A stretch of 63,911 bases of DNA, filler included, from Bipalium vagum (lineage: Eukaryota), in assembly GCA_037834085.1 (NCBI GenBank). It is 3 parts of 3 records of this genome, joined end to end, with 100 filler letters (N's around TTAATTAATTAA, not from the genome) between each part and the next. Parts side by side here need not be neighbours in the genome. Positions count along the whole stretch, not along the records: positions 1 to 27,581 come from JBBMKC010084974.1; positions 27,682 to 48,267 come from JBBMKC010249932.1; 1 more part is not named here. One strand, 5' to 3'. Position numbers and translations under genes: made by a program. Every line of letters starts with the position of its first letter. Positions within the stretch are counted from its first letter, which is position 1. The notes below the pieces were generated by a model, which did no database searches, was not told the origin of the DNA, and saw only the letters and a list, made by a program, of their open reading frames with translations. Of the stretch, positions 25,100-37,649 are shown one piece after another.

Positions 25100-25367
25100 C
25101 GCGCGCCCACCTCTCTCCCCACCCTCCTTCTCCCTCTGTCTGAGAATGTGAGAATCTACGACAGTCTGCCTGTCGGTGAAGAGTCGAAGAGGAGAGTGAG
25201 AGAGAGAGATGAAGAGAACGAGGAGAGATGGATAGATAGGAGTTTGATTGATATTAGAGTCAGAGATTGCTTGCCTGCTATCAACACGGTGTGAATCTGC
25301 CTAGTGTCTGTGTGTGTGTTCGTGTTCACGCGTGTGTGAGAGAGTGAGTGTTGTGTGATGTATATTG

Positions 25368-25373
25368 AATAAA
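25368..25373 (+). promoter_or_regulatory. Candidate polyadenylation signal of MASK
   Basis: First AATAAA after the stop, following a GA-rich then GT-rich 3' UTR; weak evidence in an AT-rich genome. Confidence 0.35.
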
Positions 25374-26665
25374 ATGTATAGTTTGAACAAATAAATTGGT
25401 TTATTGCTAATATATTAACGATATAAAAATGTTATTATAAAAGTTATTATTAATCAACAAAAACCGTAGATTATGCTTGATTATTCTTATCTGTAATCAA
25501 TTTCCTTGTCTCGATTGTTTATTATTTTCAAACAATATTATTATATATTATCGATTATTATTATTATCACGACTACGTACACGTCTTATTACGTATCTAC
25601 AAAAGTATCATTTTCATTTTTTGACTTTTGATTGGGTTGATATATAGTATATACATATACATACACCTATATATCGATATTCATTGCGTGCTCCTCTTTC
25701 GAAATTCAATGTGATAAAATATGGTGTAATCTGTCTTGAGAAACTGGAATCTATTTTTTAATATTTTTAATAAATAATGTGTAACTAGTTATATATTGAA
25801 AAATCGAAATTTAGGTACAATTGATATTTTTTGTTTTTTTTATTATTGGTGATAATGTGTTTTTGTTCGGTTTCTTTATAATCACTGCCTACATCTTGAT
25901 TAATAATTTAATTTTTGATACAAAAAACTGTATATTGTTAGTATACATAGCTCTACTTATATACATATGCACTTTGTAATATATCCAACATATATTATAC
26001 TTTTAAATGAATTGCTTGCTGTACTATTGTTATGGTAAGTTAATGGGACTAAATACAACTCAATTTGTTGATTTCAATATTGTTTTTGGCCCATAGTGTT
26101 TTCTCAGTTCTTATGATATTTAATTAACGTGGTTTTTTGAAAATAAGTTATTTTGATCTTATAATGTTTAAATGATCAATTTACATGACAAAATATTAAT
26201 TCTTTATTGATATTAAAAGTGAAAAATTGTTAATAATAAGATTTTGAGTAAATACTTGAATAATAACTTCCATGTTATAACTTAGTAGGACGTAACAGAT
26301 TTGAAATTGATAATTTTATTATATTAACAGTTAACTTAAAATATTTTAAGAATGTGGCATCTTCAAGTCATTTAATTTATATATTTGCAAGGAAAAGTAA
26401 TTAAATATTTATTTTAGTAATTATCTGAAAATATTTTAAATCTAAAGGTTAGTGTTGAAAAACCTTATCCTTCAAAATTTAGAAATTGTTAATATTTTAT
26501 GAATAATTTTACGGAATATTATTTTATATTAAACAATCACCTAGATTTGCATCGAATATCTTAGTTGTGTTGTTAATATGCAATCAAGATCATGAAAACC
26601 TGAGTGCAGAATCTATTTGTTTTCATAAACCTAAAATTGTGAATTTGATTTGATCTTACTCTTAG

Positions 26666-27000
26666 GTAAGCCAAGGACATCCCTGCCAACCCTTGTAAAA
26701 GTATATGGTAGAGACCACAATAGGGCTTAGATTGGTTATTAACAATTAATTATTAAGACCGCAAGAGGGTCAGAAATAACTTTTTAAAAAATAATTAATT
26801 AAAAAGTACATCAAAAAAGGTTCAATTAATTATTTCCAAAAAGGATCTAATCTTGAAAATGGTGAACCTAAATTGCCAAGATTAGATCAGGGTCCACAAG
26901 GAAGGACCGATTTAGAATTATCAAGCTAAAAAGGGAAATGACATTCCCCATTGATAAAGCTGGTCTACGATTGATTGATCGTCAGTTTTCATAGTGAGAT
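26666..27000 (+). repeat. Dispersed LTR-like repeat, copy B (internally deleted)
   Basis: Aligns to 2703-3043 (agccaaggacat...gctggtctacgattgattgatcgt), then jumps to the copy A end motif ttcatagtgag. Confidence 0.8.
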
Positions 27001-27581
27001 AATATTGTGGAGTCTACGACCAAACCCACAAGGAGCAAAATCAAGTGCCTAACCAGCAGCCAGCTCAAATTTAAAATCAAATCCTTAACAGTGACTTGAA
27101 ACTTTAATCCATATGTTTAAATTGATTCGAAACTTTGATCCCTCTGTGTTTATAATCCTTCTGTGTCATAATATTGTTCATCTTTTGTGCTTATTGTTTT
27201 TTATAAATATATGTCGTGATTATTTTATAAGAATAATACATCTATAGAATGTAAATCGGATCTGATTGATAAAATATTTAAAAATTAAAAAATAATAAAT
27301 ATAATAAGTAAAAGTAAATAAAAACTATATAAATAATAATATTAATTAATAGGATTGTGGAGACTCCCAGGCACAGACGAACAACCAATCCAGACCTCAA
27401 TAAATCCTCGAGAAAAGAACAATCACGACATTTGACCTTTGTGACATAATCCATTTAGTTCTTGATTTAAACCCCTTTATTATGTATAAACCTCTCTAAC
27501 ATGCATGAACGAAACTTTTATTTTAATTGTATAAAATATTATTATTGTAGATGAGCCCGAGAAAGTTTTTATAAATTATTA

Positions 27582-27681
27582 NNNNNNNNNNNNNNNNNNN
27601 NNNNNNNNNNNNNNNNNNNNNNNNNTTAATTAATTAANNNNNNNNNNNNNNNNNNNNNNNNNNNNNNNNNNNNNNNNNNNN
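27582..27681. other. Assembly gap spacer (44 N + TTAATTAATTAA + 44 N)
   Basis: The same 100-nt construct occurs at 48268-48367. Confidence 0.95.
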
Positions 27682-28284
27682 TTATTATATTATTTTTTAT
27701 GTAAATAACTGTGGGCCCTTAATTAGAAATAATGAAATCATAAAATATAAAGTTTTCAAACAATGCCTATGAAAAATATTATACTCTAGCATTATAGTCT
27801 ATATTCAGATGTTCCTGGATTTATTTAGTCTTTTCTAGTTGAATTGATAACGTTTATATTATTTGTTAAAGTAATTTACAACTTAATTGACTTTAAAATG
27901 TTTAGTCTAGTTCATTTTATAATTAAAATAAAAAACGATATAATTTCATTATATTTAGTTATTTCTATTATGTATTTCTTCATAATTTGTTTTAATAAAT
28001 ATAGTTTGTTTTTATTCTGTTTTTCTAACTAACACTGCTTAACTCCTTTGTATATTAAAAAAGATAAATGAAAACTATGACAAAATGAAAATAAATATGA
28101 TTAGATGAGCACTGATTAAAAAAAATTAAATATTTCAAATAGTTTTTTTTATATTTAAAAATAAATTTTGTAAAAAATAAAATAAGATATATATTCAATT
28201 TTATTTTGAACATATTTTTTCTAAACCAAATTAGAAAATCGAATTTTAATTTATTATTTTATTCTAAAAATAATAATCATTATA

Positions 28285-29200
28285 TTAGCGTGATTCATAA
28301 ATAATTTCGTTTATTATTTAATAAAAACAAAATAAAACAAAAACAAAATTATATTACGTTTCAAAGTAAAGGCCATTTGAATCAATAGATTAAAGCCATC
28401 ATTCTGCTAGTTGTTTGATCTCTTGTTGGTACCATTCCTTGACCTTGGACCTCAAAAACTCTTGGCACGCCATTTCGATTTCGTCCAAGTTATTGAATCT
28501 ACGCCCTCGAAGAAAATTTGCCATTCATATAAAAAGATGGTAATCCGAAGGGGCAAGATCGGGACTGTATTCTGGATATGGACACAGTTCAATAGATTCA
28601 TATTCTCTGATTTTTTCGATTGTTTACTTGGAAGTGTGTGGTTTTGCTTGCTGTAAGACCACCCGCTTTCAATTGACCAATGCCGGATATTTCAGCTTTA
28701 ATTTTTGAAACATTCGATCCAATTGAGCACAAAATAGGTCTGCGTCTAGTTAAATACTATTTGGAATCAATTCGAAGTGAATTATACCTTCGAAAATCAC
28801 CAAACGCACAATAATGTCTTCTGTGAGAATCGGTCTGTTTTTGGAACAGATTCTGCCACATGTCCAGGGTCCAACCACTGATTATTTTTGTGAGGATTAG
28901 TAAAATATATCCACTTTTCATCAGAAGTTACAATTTGTCTAATGAAACGATCATCCCGCGGATTTTCCAGTAGCTTTCTACACGTTTCCATAGGTCACTT
29001 TGCCTGATTTCGGTCAAATCGTGAGATACTTCTCTACATCGTCTGTTGACCTTACCGAAAGCTTTAAGGTGTTGGACAACTGTTTCTTGGGAAATACCTA
29101 GATCAGCAGACAATATTCGAGTGCTAGTCAATGATTTGGTCTCAACAACATTGCATAACGCTTCTTGATTAACAGTTACTGGCCTACTGAAACTTGGTTA
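28285..29200 (-). mobile_element. Mariner (DD34D) transposon remnant, 5' truncated
   Basis: QIVTSDEKWIYF, KTLLCVW and YSPDLAPSDYHLF motifs with stops and frameshifts; TIR-like ttagcgtgattcataaataatttcg at ~28286. Confidence 0.9.
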
Positions 29201-29219
29201 ATCGTATAGAATCTATAGT

Positions 29220-29720
29220 CTGTCAAGTAAGCAATATCACTTTTGGACTGAATTAAAATAGATCGTAATAAGTTTGTAAAACCTATCTAAAAAGACTCCC
29301 ATTGACAACCATTGAACTTCTGTATACAGCAGTAAGCGATTAAACTCTTCATCATTTTCAGTGGACTATGAAAACATTAGGTACCTCCTTTTTCAAATAT
29401 GCAAGAAAGCCTTTGTAGCGTCCAATCATCACCGTGGCCACTGATAAAATATTACTTGGGTGTATTTCTTTTGCTTTAAAAATTCGTCCATTGTATGGAA
29501 TATTAAGTTCGTTTGGTATCGGTTTGCAAATATTTTACAAATAAGAACTCTTGACAAATTTGTTCTTCCTTTATGAAAGGCACGTGTGCTAAAAGCAAAG
29601 CTTCATTACTTGACCAAGTTGACTCATCTAGTTGAATAGAAAACCGAAATGTTTTTAAATATCCACAAAATGAGTCTTCCACCATTTCATCAATTCTTCT
29701 TTGCACTGTACCCAAATATT
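29220..29720 (-). mobile_element. hAT (Buster/Charlie-like) transposase fragment
   Basis: TVQRRIDEM...FSIQLDEST...EFLF...LQTDTK and downstream MIGRYKGFLAYLKKEVP. Confidence 0.8.
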
Positions 29721-32509
29721 TTTAAAGGAAAGTGAATTTATTCGATAATATAAAAGTAAACTTGATAATTAACTTCATTTTATTAAAATGAGCAAAATCT
29801 CTACTATTATCAATTACTCTGTTTTTTTACTAACTAATTTACAATTAATGAAAAATAATTTCGATTTTTCCGGTGAGTTCGTATTCTTTTCTAACGAAAT
29901 TAGTAACAGCTTTTTTTTAAAATAATTCTTTTTCTTTCATTATTATAATAAACTCGTTTAATAATATTACATTCAATCATTATTATATTAATATTTTTAT
30001 CGTAAACTGGATAAATTTTTTAAACTTTTAACCAGAGCGAATCTATTATTTAAATTTAGATCAAATTTTATTGCATATTATATGATTTGAAATTAATGTC
30101 CGATTTTTCATAAAATCAATTTCTGTGATAAAATATTTACTAATTTTTGTAAAGAATGAAACCCGTGTTAATTTGAGTTCGATTCAAATTTATTGATTAT
30201 TTATCGAATTTTTTATCTTTAATTTTTTCTAATTTATTTTAAATCAAATGATGAAGATTATTACGACAAGCATTATCGAAACCTAAATATTTTCTTAATG
30301 TTATAAAATGATCTACTAAATATGTTGATTCATAAATTTTGAATACCCTTTCTTGTTTCATGTTATTCATTTTGTTCCTGGATTTTATAAAAAATATTTT
30401 TCCTTTTAGTAAATTTATATTTTTTAAAATCTTGAAGAAGAGCAGCAAGGAACGAAGAAAACTTAATATAAAAAAGTATTGCTTTAATTTGATTTTAATT
30501 TTAGACAATTTAATTTATTTTATTTTATTTGATTTTTAATTTTTAATATTTAATATTTTAATATTTCGGGTTAAAAGAAGCTTATTTTATAAAATCATTT
30601 GCCTTACTATCAATAAGACGACATTTTTCGAATAAATTTATTAAGTGATAAAACAACTAATATTTAAACAAATATTCTGAGACCTGATATGTGAAATAAG
30701 GCTTTATATTATATGATAACCCGTTAAAAAGCTTTGTTTCACATATTTGAAATTTACAACATCATTATCATTTATTGAATGAGCTACATTTATTATTATT
30801 TTATTATTATTTTTTATATTTATAATTCCTTTCATGGCACATTTCAAATAAAATTTGAAAATTTATTTTCGGATTCGTTTTGAAAAAATGTAATTTCTTC
30901 TTTCACTTAATTATTTTTATAATACAAATAAGTTTGACGAATTTTTACCACGATCGGTTGTGGATCTGCATGGATCCTAGACTCATACTGCTGGTCATTG
31001 GCGTCACTTGAATTTACTCTTTTATGATCTCGTATCGGCTTTCATTGCAGACAGCTTTTGTCCGTTGGGCATATCACATTTTCAATTTTTTTGCTTCATT
31101 GATCACCGAGAAGTTTTGACAAATTGGATAATTAATTTGCTCTCTTCCTTGCTTCGCTTGAATTGGTTAATTTGGGTGCTGCAGCCATATCTTCAAATTT
31201 TGTCAACAGGGGCTTTGAGAGCAGCCAGTGAAAGGGAGGGTAATTCAGCAGTTGAAAGAGAGAAAGCAGCATGATTAATTTTAAACACCCAGATAATAAA
31301 TGAAATTTTACCATTTTGGATCAATTCGGACCCCTTCTTAAAATAACAATAAAAAGAAATAATTTAGTATTAATGCAGTATTTCAAGACCGAGAAAAATT
31401 CGCTTCTTATGAAGTTGTAAATATACAAACGATTCAGGATTTTTTTGATATTTAGCCAGCAAATTGTTAAAAAAAATGATATGATATTACTTTGTAAATT
31501 GAGTGATGTTGTAGAATGCACGATATTGATGTTTATAATAATATATTTGTTCTGCATCAATTTTGGTGTTTAAAATTATTCGTAAAAACTCATTACTTAT
31601 GTGTCGATCTATTATTCACTTTTATTAAATTTATACAAAGGAATACAAATTTAATAATGTTTGTTAAATATATTTTTAATCCTATTTTTGATTTGATTTG
31701 AAACTTTCATTGAAACTGCTCAAAAAGGAGAATGTTATTTTTTATTTTACTTCTTTTGGATATTCAATATTTATTGCACTTATAAATTCAAAATCAATGT
31801 TTGTTTTTTCATATCTCTTATTTTCAAATAACCAAATATTTTCAATTGGTAAAGTTTTAGTGATTGAGCTAGCATATAATGAATTAGCATTGTAATAGTT
31901 AAATACCTTTCTTTAGGACAATTAAATAATTTTTCATTCTTACTATAAAAATTTAATTGTTTAATTAATTAATGATCTGACTCAGAAATAATTGCCATTA
32001 GAATTAAATATTTTATTCAACCTCTAATTTCTTTATCTGTTAATAATAAACGATGTATGTTTTTGGAATAAACGGATAGTTCCTCTGATAAAGATTATGT
32101 TTTAGAAGGCTAATTCGACAAATTCAAACATAAGAGGCTCAAAAAAGAATAAAACAAATATGAACTTGATTGATTAATTCTTGTCAATCTACCTTAATAT
32201 TCATTGAAAATAACTGTTGGTTTAATCTCTGACTCTCCGATGACTGAGAATTATGGATAACTTAAATCTTTTCATTTACCCTATTACAATTTTTTATCGG
32301 ACTATTCTTGCTTAATTTATATATTACCAGTTTATTATTTCCTAACTTACCATTCTGTTTCCAGATCTTGGTATTCATGTATTTATATCTCTTCATTAAT
32401 TTATACGTTTTGATTAGCTTGCTATGATATTTATATGATTTTATTCAAACACTCCCACTTTCAATTATTATTGGTCTGAAATCGCTCTCTAAAACTTATA
32501 ATTATATAT

Positions 32510-33260
32510 ATAATATGTGAAGAAAGAAAAAGAGAAAACTGAATATAAGAAAATTGTTAAAATTCCTTACTCAGAGGAATTCAAGATTTGTAAAAGTAAA
32601 ATATTACAGATAATAAATGAAGAAGGCCTAAAACTAATATCTGTAACTGCGAAAACAAAGAATTTTTAAAAAATCAAAACAGTGACTCCAAAATCAATGC
32701 AAGCTAAAATATCGTGTATGAATTCCAATGTCATGAATGTCGTCATCTATACATAGGGGAGACACAACGTTACCTAAAGACACGAATTAGTGAGCATTCT
32801 CAAAAAAGTAGAACAAGTAAAGCGTTGGATCATACTGTTAGTTCCAAAGAAAGAAAAGGAAATAAATATGCTAATGAAAATGAGTTTAGGGAAGTAATGA
32901 ACAACTTTGATAAGGATGAAGAAAGAAAAATATGCGAATCATTGGTAATTAAAAAACTGAAACCAGAAATTAATTCATAAAATGGAGAGAGTAGGAGTCA
33001 ATGGATGATTAATGTTTTTTTTTAATTAATATTTTTTAAAAATATTAAAAAGTGGTATTTTTAAACGTTTTAGAATTAAAAAGTTTTTTTAATTTTGTCC
33101 AATAATAATGTAGACAATTTTATTAAAGTTGTGATAGTGATATTATTCGAAGACAGATATCGAAGAAGAATAAAATTGACTGAAGAAGATCTGAAAGAAA
33201 AGATCGAAACATGTTTCAAAATATTAGTATAAAATTTTGTGTTCAAAAATGCTTTTTAAA
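32510..33260 (+). mobile_element. Penelope-like retroelement 3' remnant (GIY-YIG endonuclease plus pLTR region)
   Basis: VKIPY...; VYEFQCHECRHLYIGETQRYLKTRISEH...ESLVIKKLKPEIN is the PLE GIY-YIG signature; a hammerhead motif lies ~200 nt downstream. Confidence 0.85.
33176..33219 (+). ncRNA. Minimal type I hammerhead ribozyme (Penelope-type)
   Basis: ttga-CTGAAGA-a-gatct-gaaagaaa-agatc-GAAA-CATG-TT-tcaa: stem I ttga/tcaa, intact CUGANGA and GAAA core, stem II gatct/agatc, palindromic CATG loop III. Confidence 0.8.
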
Positions 33261-33439
33261 AGGCGTATACTTGAAAAATAATATATATTTTTTTTAATTT
33301 AATTTTACAAAATCCTTTCTTTCCATCTTTGGTATAAAAAGAAACCTAAACCTAATTAAAATTTTTTGTAATTACGTTAATAATGCGTTATTTTATTAAG
33401 CCAAAAAATAGTAAGAAGATAATTTATAAATTTTTTAAA

Positions 33440-33960
33440 TCAAGATTGTTTTTTGAGCCTTTCATGAGAATGTGAATGAAGAAAATATTTAGACATGCTT
33501 AAGACTGGCTTCGTTTCACAACTTTGATGCAGAGTTAAATCTAAACTAGTTTTTCAGCAAAATTAATTTTTCATTAATTAATTTTAATTTCAGCAGCAAT
33601 TTTTCTGGAAGATTGATACAGGACTGGACCTTTTCATTGGGCTATCTATCAGATCACCGAATCTAATATCATTTGATTCATTCCTTTTGTGACAAATGAA
33701 GACACAGGCATATAGAAGAAAACCAAAATATATCAGACTTAAAAGATATTATTCAAATGGAGATAGCTAGAATGTCAGAAGAAAATTGTCAGTGTTATGA
33801 ATGACTTACGTAATAGTTTTCTTTAGTTTATTAAAACTAATGGTCATTCTGTAAAAAATGAAAAAAAATTTTAAATAAATGATACTGTGTCAAAACTTTT
33901 CAGTTAAATATGAATATATTTTATAGTATTACATTTTAAAATTGAATACCTACCTTACAT
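33440..33960 (+). mobile_element. Tc1/mariner-superfamily 3' remnant (WPPRSPDL-type), same family as 52620-53460
   Basis: Shares ttcatgagaatgtgaatg..., tatagaagaaaaccaaaatata and aaagatattattcaaatggag with the 52.9-53.3 kb copy; degenerate RSPNL motif. Confidence 0.65.
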
Positions 33961-33993
33961 AATCTGGAATAAATAGTAGATATCATATACAAT

Positions 33994-34080
33994 TATTGGG
34001 TTGTTCGGAAAGTAATTGCGTTTTTATGATAAAAATCAAAGTCAAATTATTTCGTGGTAAACATATATACCAAATTAACT
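33994..34080 (+). mobile_element. Isolated mariner terminal inverted repeat
   Basis: TAttgggttgttcggaaagtaattgcgttttt, similar to cecropia-type mariner TIRs and to the TIR at 49006. Confidence 0.6.
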
Positions 34081-34369
34081 TCCCATTGTTATTCTAATAT
34101 GAATAATTGTTGATTTATAAATCATAATTAATATAAATATAGCTTTGTAAATGCTTTTAAAAAAATTAATGAATCAAAAAACATCCACAAGAAACAACCA
34201 TGGACTCTCAGTGTATTAGACAGTGTATATTTATTTATTGTGTTAAATATATTAAAAAAATGAACATGGAAGGAAACTACAAATATTATGTTTATAAATA
34301 TAATATAATATATTATAATACATAAAATTAAGAGGAATCATCAAAAAAAAATGAATAAAACAACTTTAC

Positions 34370-35700
34370 TTAAAATATATTACAATAATTATTAATAAGA
34401 AAAATTTTGAATATTTTTAAAGATTTTTTAGGGAAGTTTCCTTTGATATTGTTAATGTCAACTTCAAAAAATCCAAAGATCTCTTCATCTAACATTTCAT
34501 GACAATAAAATTCTTCTTGGAATATAATATAAATTTTTGACAATAGAATATATATATATTGTTTATCCTGCTGACATATCAATTCGTTTCATGTTAATAT
34601 TGAAAGTCCCAATTCAATAGAACTGAGTGTAGTTCTATAATTAATCCAAGAAATTGCACTTTTTATTGTTTGGACATGAAAATATTAAAAAATTGGTTTT
34701 AATGTTAATTTTAAAATACTGTCTTTCATAATATTGTCTTGTTGAAAACTACTACCGGGAGTGTTTTCATTAATAAAAGTAATATTGGTCATAAAAAATT
34801 TTCAGGTTATTTATGTAATCAAATTTTTAATAAATAATTAAAAATAAAAAATCAGACAGAGCAAAATTTTATTTAAAATTAACATACAAATTTCATAAAA
34901 CCAACATCTCACAAAAGATTATTATAATATATAGTTGAAATAATAATAATAATTTTCCATTTAGAATAAAACTGATATAAGATAAACAAATAAAATCAAG
35001 AAAATTCTTCCCTAAATATATATTAAAAAATATTTTTATATCAAAAGAAAGTTATAGGATATAAACAATAATATATCATAAAAATCCAGTTAAAATGAAC
35101 TTATTTTGTAAATATAAAATTCTTGATTATTTTATTTTTAATTAAAAATTTAACATATAATTTTAATAACTTTAGATATAAGGTTGTATCAAAAGTGTCA
35201 GTGAATTCAAAATCCACCCTAAGCAATAGTAAATCCAATTTTTCAATAATGACCGATCAAACCTCAAATTGCAATTTTTTTCTATTCATTTTACTATAAT
35301 AATTATAAATTCAAATAAATCCATTGATATGTTTATTTAAACATATCTTATAAATATAATTTGATGGAAAATATATCAATTTTTTAAGAAATTATATTAA
35401 AATATTTATTTTTATAGAAGAAAATTAAGCCATCAAAATCACTGAGACTTGATACAATCTTATATTCCGGGATAATTATTTTGTCAAAATTATGAAATAA
35501 ATTATCTTAATTTAAAATATCAATCTTTAGAAAATCATAAGCAATAAAAATATCATTTTTAATATTTGAATGCTAATTTAATCATGACTAAAATTTAAAT
35601 TATAATACTTAGTTGTTTAAATCTTAATTTCAGATAAATAATTATGTTTGATTGGTCAAAGTCATATCTCTGAATTTTAAAGACCATTAAAAGGTCTGAC
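34370..35700 (-). mobile_element. Possible second Maverick-type pPolB relic, highly decayed
   Basis: MLDEEIFGFFEVDI (~34455-34495), preceded on the same strand by FPSNYI (~35360) and VFKIQRYDF (~35660-35685), in pPolB order. Confidence 0.4.
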
Positions 35701-35792
35701 TTGTAATAATAATAATGAACTCCGATAACAATAATAATAATTCTAAGAATAATAATTTTATAATTATAAATAATAATTAAAAAAATTACATT

Positions 35793-35823
<31 letters not shown>

Positions 35824-35839
35824 CAATATCGAATGATTC

Positions 35840-36530
35840 GCAATTAGGGACCGATTTGGTAATTTCTGCCTAAAGCAAAATTGTAATCATCTGTCCAGTA
35901 TAAAAGGCAATAGAGTCCTCAATGGATGCCAAAACTTGATAATTGATCAGATTTCGTCAGAAAAAAAATATTTTGAAGGTATTAATTGTTGGAAAAATTG
36001 TAACTGTAATTGTAATTGTAAAAATTCTACATGTTTTAGAGTTAGAAGAAATTTATTTAAAGATATAAATTGTTGTAAGAATTTGGCTCAACAGTTTACA
36101 GATTCTTATTTATATGTTTTTATGCGATGGGTGTCAACAATGGTCCTGTGTCGTTCTGTCGTTTATGAGCGAAACAGTTTGGATCTTCTAAAACGACCCA
36201 AGGACCCATCCCCAGTAAGCCATGAGTAGATAATTGATTTTTTTTATCATTTTTAAATAATTAATAATTCGAAAAGATTCATTAACTGTTTATATTGATC
36301 ACTCTTTATAATTGATTTTATTATTGCTATTTCATTTGATCGTTTGACCTTTTCTTTTGATTATCTTGGTTTAGAACACTGATCGTATTGTGATTTTGAT
36401 TGTGTACTATTTTGTAGATTGAATAAGGTTTTGTCATTATTTTGATTCAAATACTTTTGAACACGTTATTAACTGATGTATAATGGTCAGTAAAATCCCG
36501 GACTAAGTGTTACGTAGTTTTTTAGTAGTA
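35840..36530 (+). repeat. Dispersed LTR-like repeat, copy C (diverged, 5' truncated)
   Basis: Shares gcaattagggaccgattt, gtataaaaggca, tttgattca...acacgtt and ctaagtgttacgtag with copies A and D. Confidence 0.55.
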
Positions 36531-36668
36531 AAGACGTAACAATTCTCATTTAAAAATTACTGCACCAGTCAATATTATTAAAAACTGATAATATAAAAAT
36601 CTTTCTTTTTACTTTGTATAAATCTTTAATAAATTGTTTTAGAAATATTTTAAAAATATAAGATAACT

Positions 36669-37052
36669 TTAAAAAGGACATTGTAAAACCTTACCATCAC
36701 AGCAAGCTAATGCAAATAAGTACTCATATTTGTATCTTTTTTTATATGTATCTGAGTATCCATTAAAACAACAGTTTATTTTATCCAGATCAATACTGAA
36801 ACACTTCTTGTTCTGAAGACAGAGAGGCTTCGCAACTTCAATGTTAAGAGTATTAACTGAACCAACAGTGTTCGAGGGAACTAAACTGCTATTGATGATG
36901 ATCCACTTAAGATGTCTATTGCAATATCTTTCCTTGCCCATGTTGGGTATTTTACAATTGCCTTTCTCACTTTTTAGTCGTTCAGATAAACTAAGACCAT
37001 TTGCAAAGTAAAATAGTTCATACACTAAACCAATAACAACTACGAAAATCAT
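36669..37052 (-). CDS. Small secreted cysteine-rich protein, 127 aa, possible PAN/apple-like fold
   Basis: Intronless ATG-TAA ORF with a hydrophobic N-terminus (MIFVVVIGLVYELFYFANG), 9 Cys, and the segment LCLQNKKCFSIDLDKINCCFN resembling the PAN C-x4-C-x-S-hydrophobic pattern. More GC-rich than its flanks. Confidence 0.55.
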   Translation of the reverse strand: MIFVVVIGLVYELFYFANGLSLSERLKSEKGNCKIPNMGKERYCNRHLKWIIINSSLVPSNTVGSVNTLNIEVAKPLCLQNKKCFSIDLDKINCCFNGYSDTYKKRYKYEYLFALACCDGKVLQCPF

Positions 37053-37649
37053 TATTATGAAATAAAATAAAATAAATTTTTTATTATAAACCAGCTTTAG
37101 TTATAATACTGCAAATCAAAATTAAACACACTCTTCTTAATTGCAGCTAATGTGTGGACAGCTGATTCGATTTAATTATCTGTTATAATTTTAAAAGAAA
37201 ATAAATTATAATAATTAATTAATAATTATAATAATTAATTAATAATAAATTATACATAAAAAATATTTTCGACTAAAATAAACCTGGAATTGGTTGAAAA
37301 GAATTCTTATTTTTGATATATGAAACTTCACAGAATTGTATGAAGACTTAATATCATTAACGTAGAATTGAATATTTGTAATTCTTATTTACTGATTTTT
37401 TTCGTATATGACCTCTCCTTTATTTTTTGGTTGAGTTCATCATCATAATATTCTGAATATTTATTCTTTATTTTAGTTATATAAAGATAAATATATTACT
37501 TAATATTGATAAATGTGATCATTTAAAATTATATTTATAATTTTCAACCGAAATCAATTATTAACAAAGGCGTTTTGGATTTTCCATAATGCTGAAACTT
37601 TTCTATGAACTTCTCAAACTGGTCATTGTTCATTATTTGATTATTAATA

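Noticed and set aside
21214-25122. Many antisense and alternate-frame ORFs over the MASK last exon (e.g. 24697-25122 -, 24376-24786 +)
   Set aside because: Expected shadows of a GC-richer low-complexity exon; no independent motifs or splice signals.
27626-27637. TTAATTAATTAA palindrome between N runs (also 48312-48323)
   Set aside because: Identical 44N+12+44N construct twice, with stops in all frames: a scaffolding spacer, not biology.
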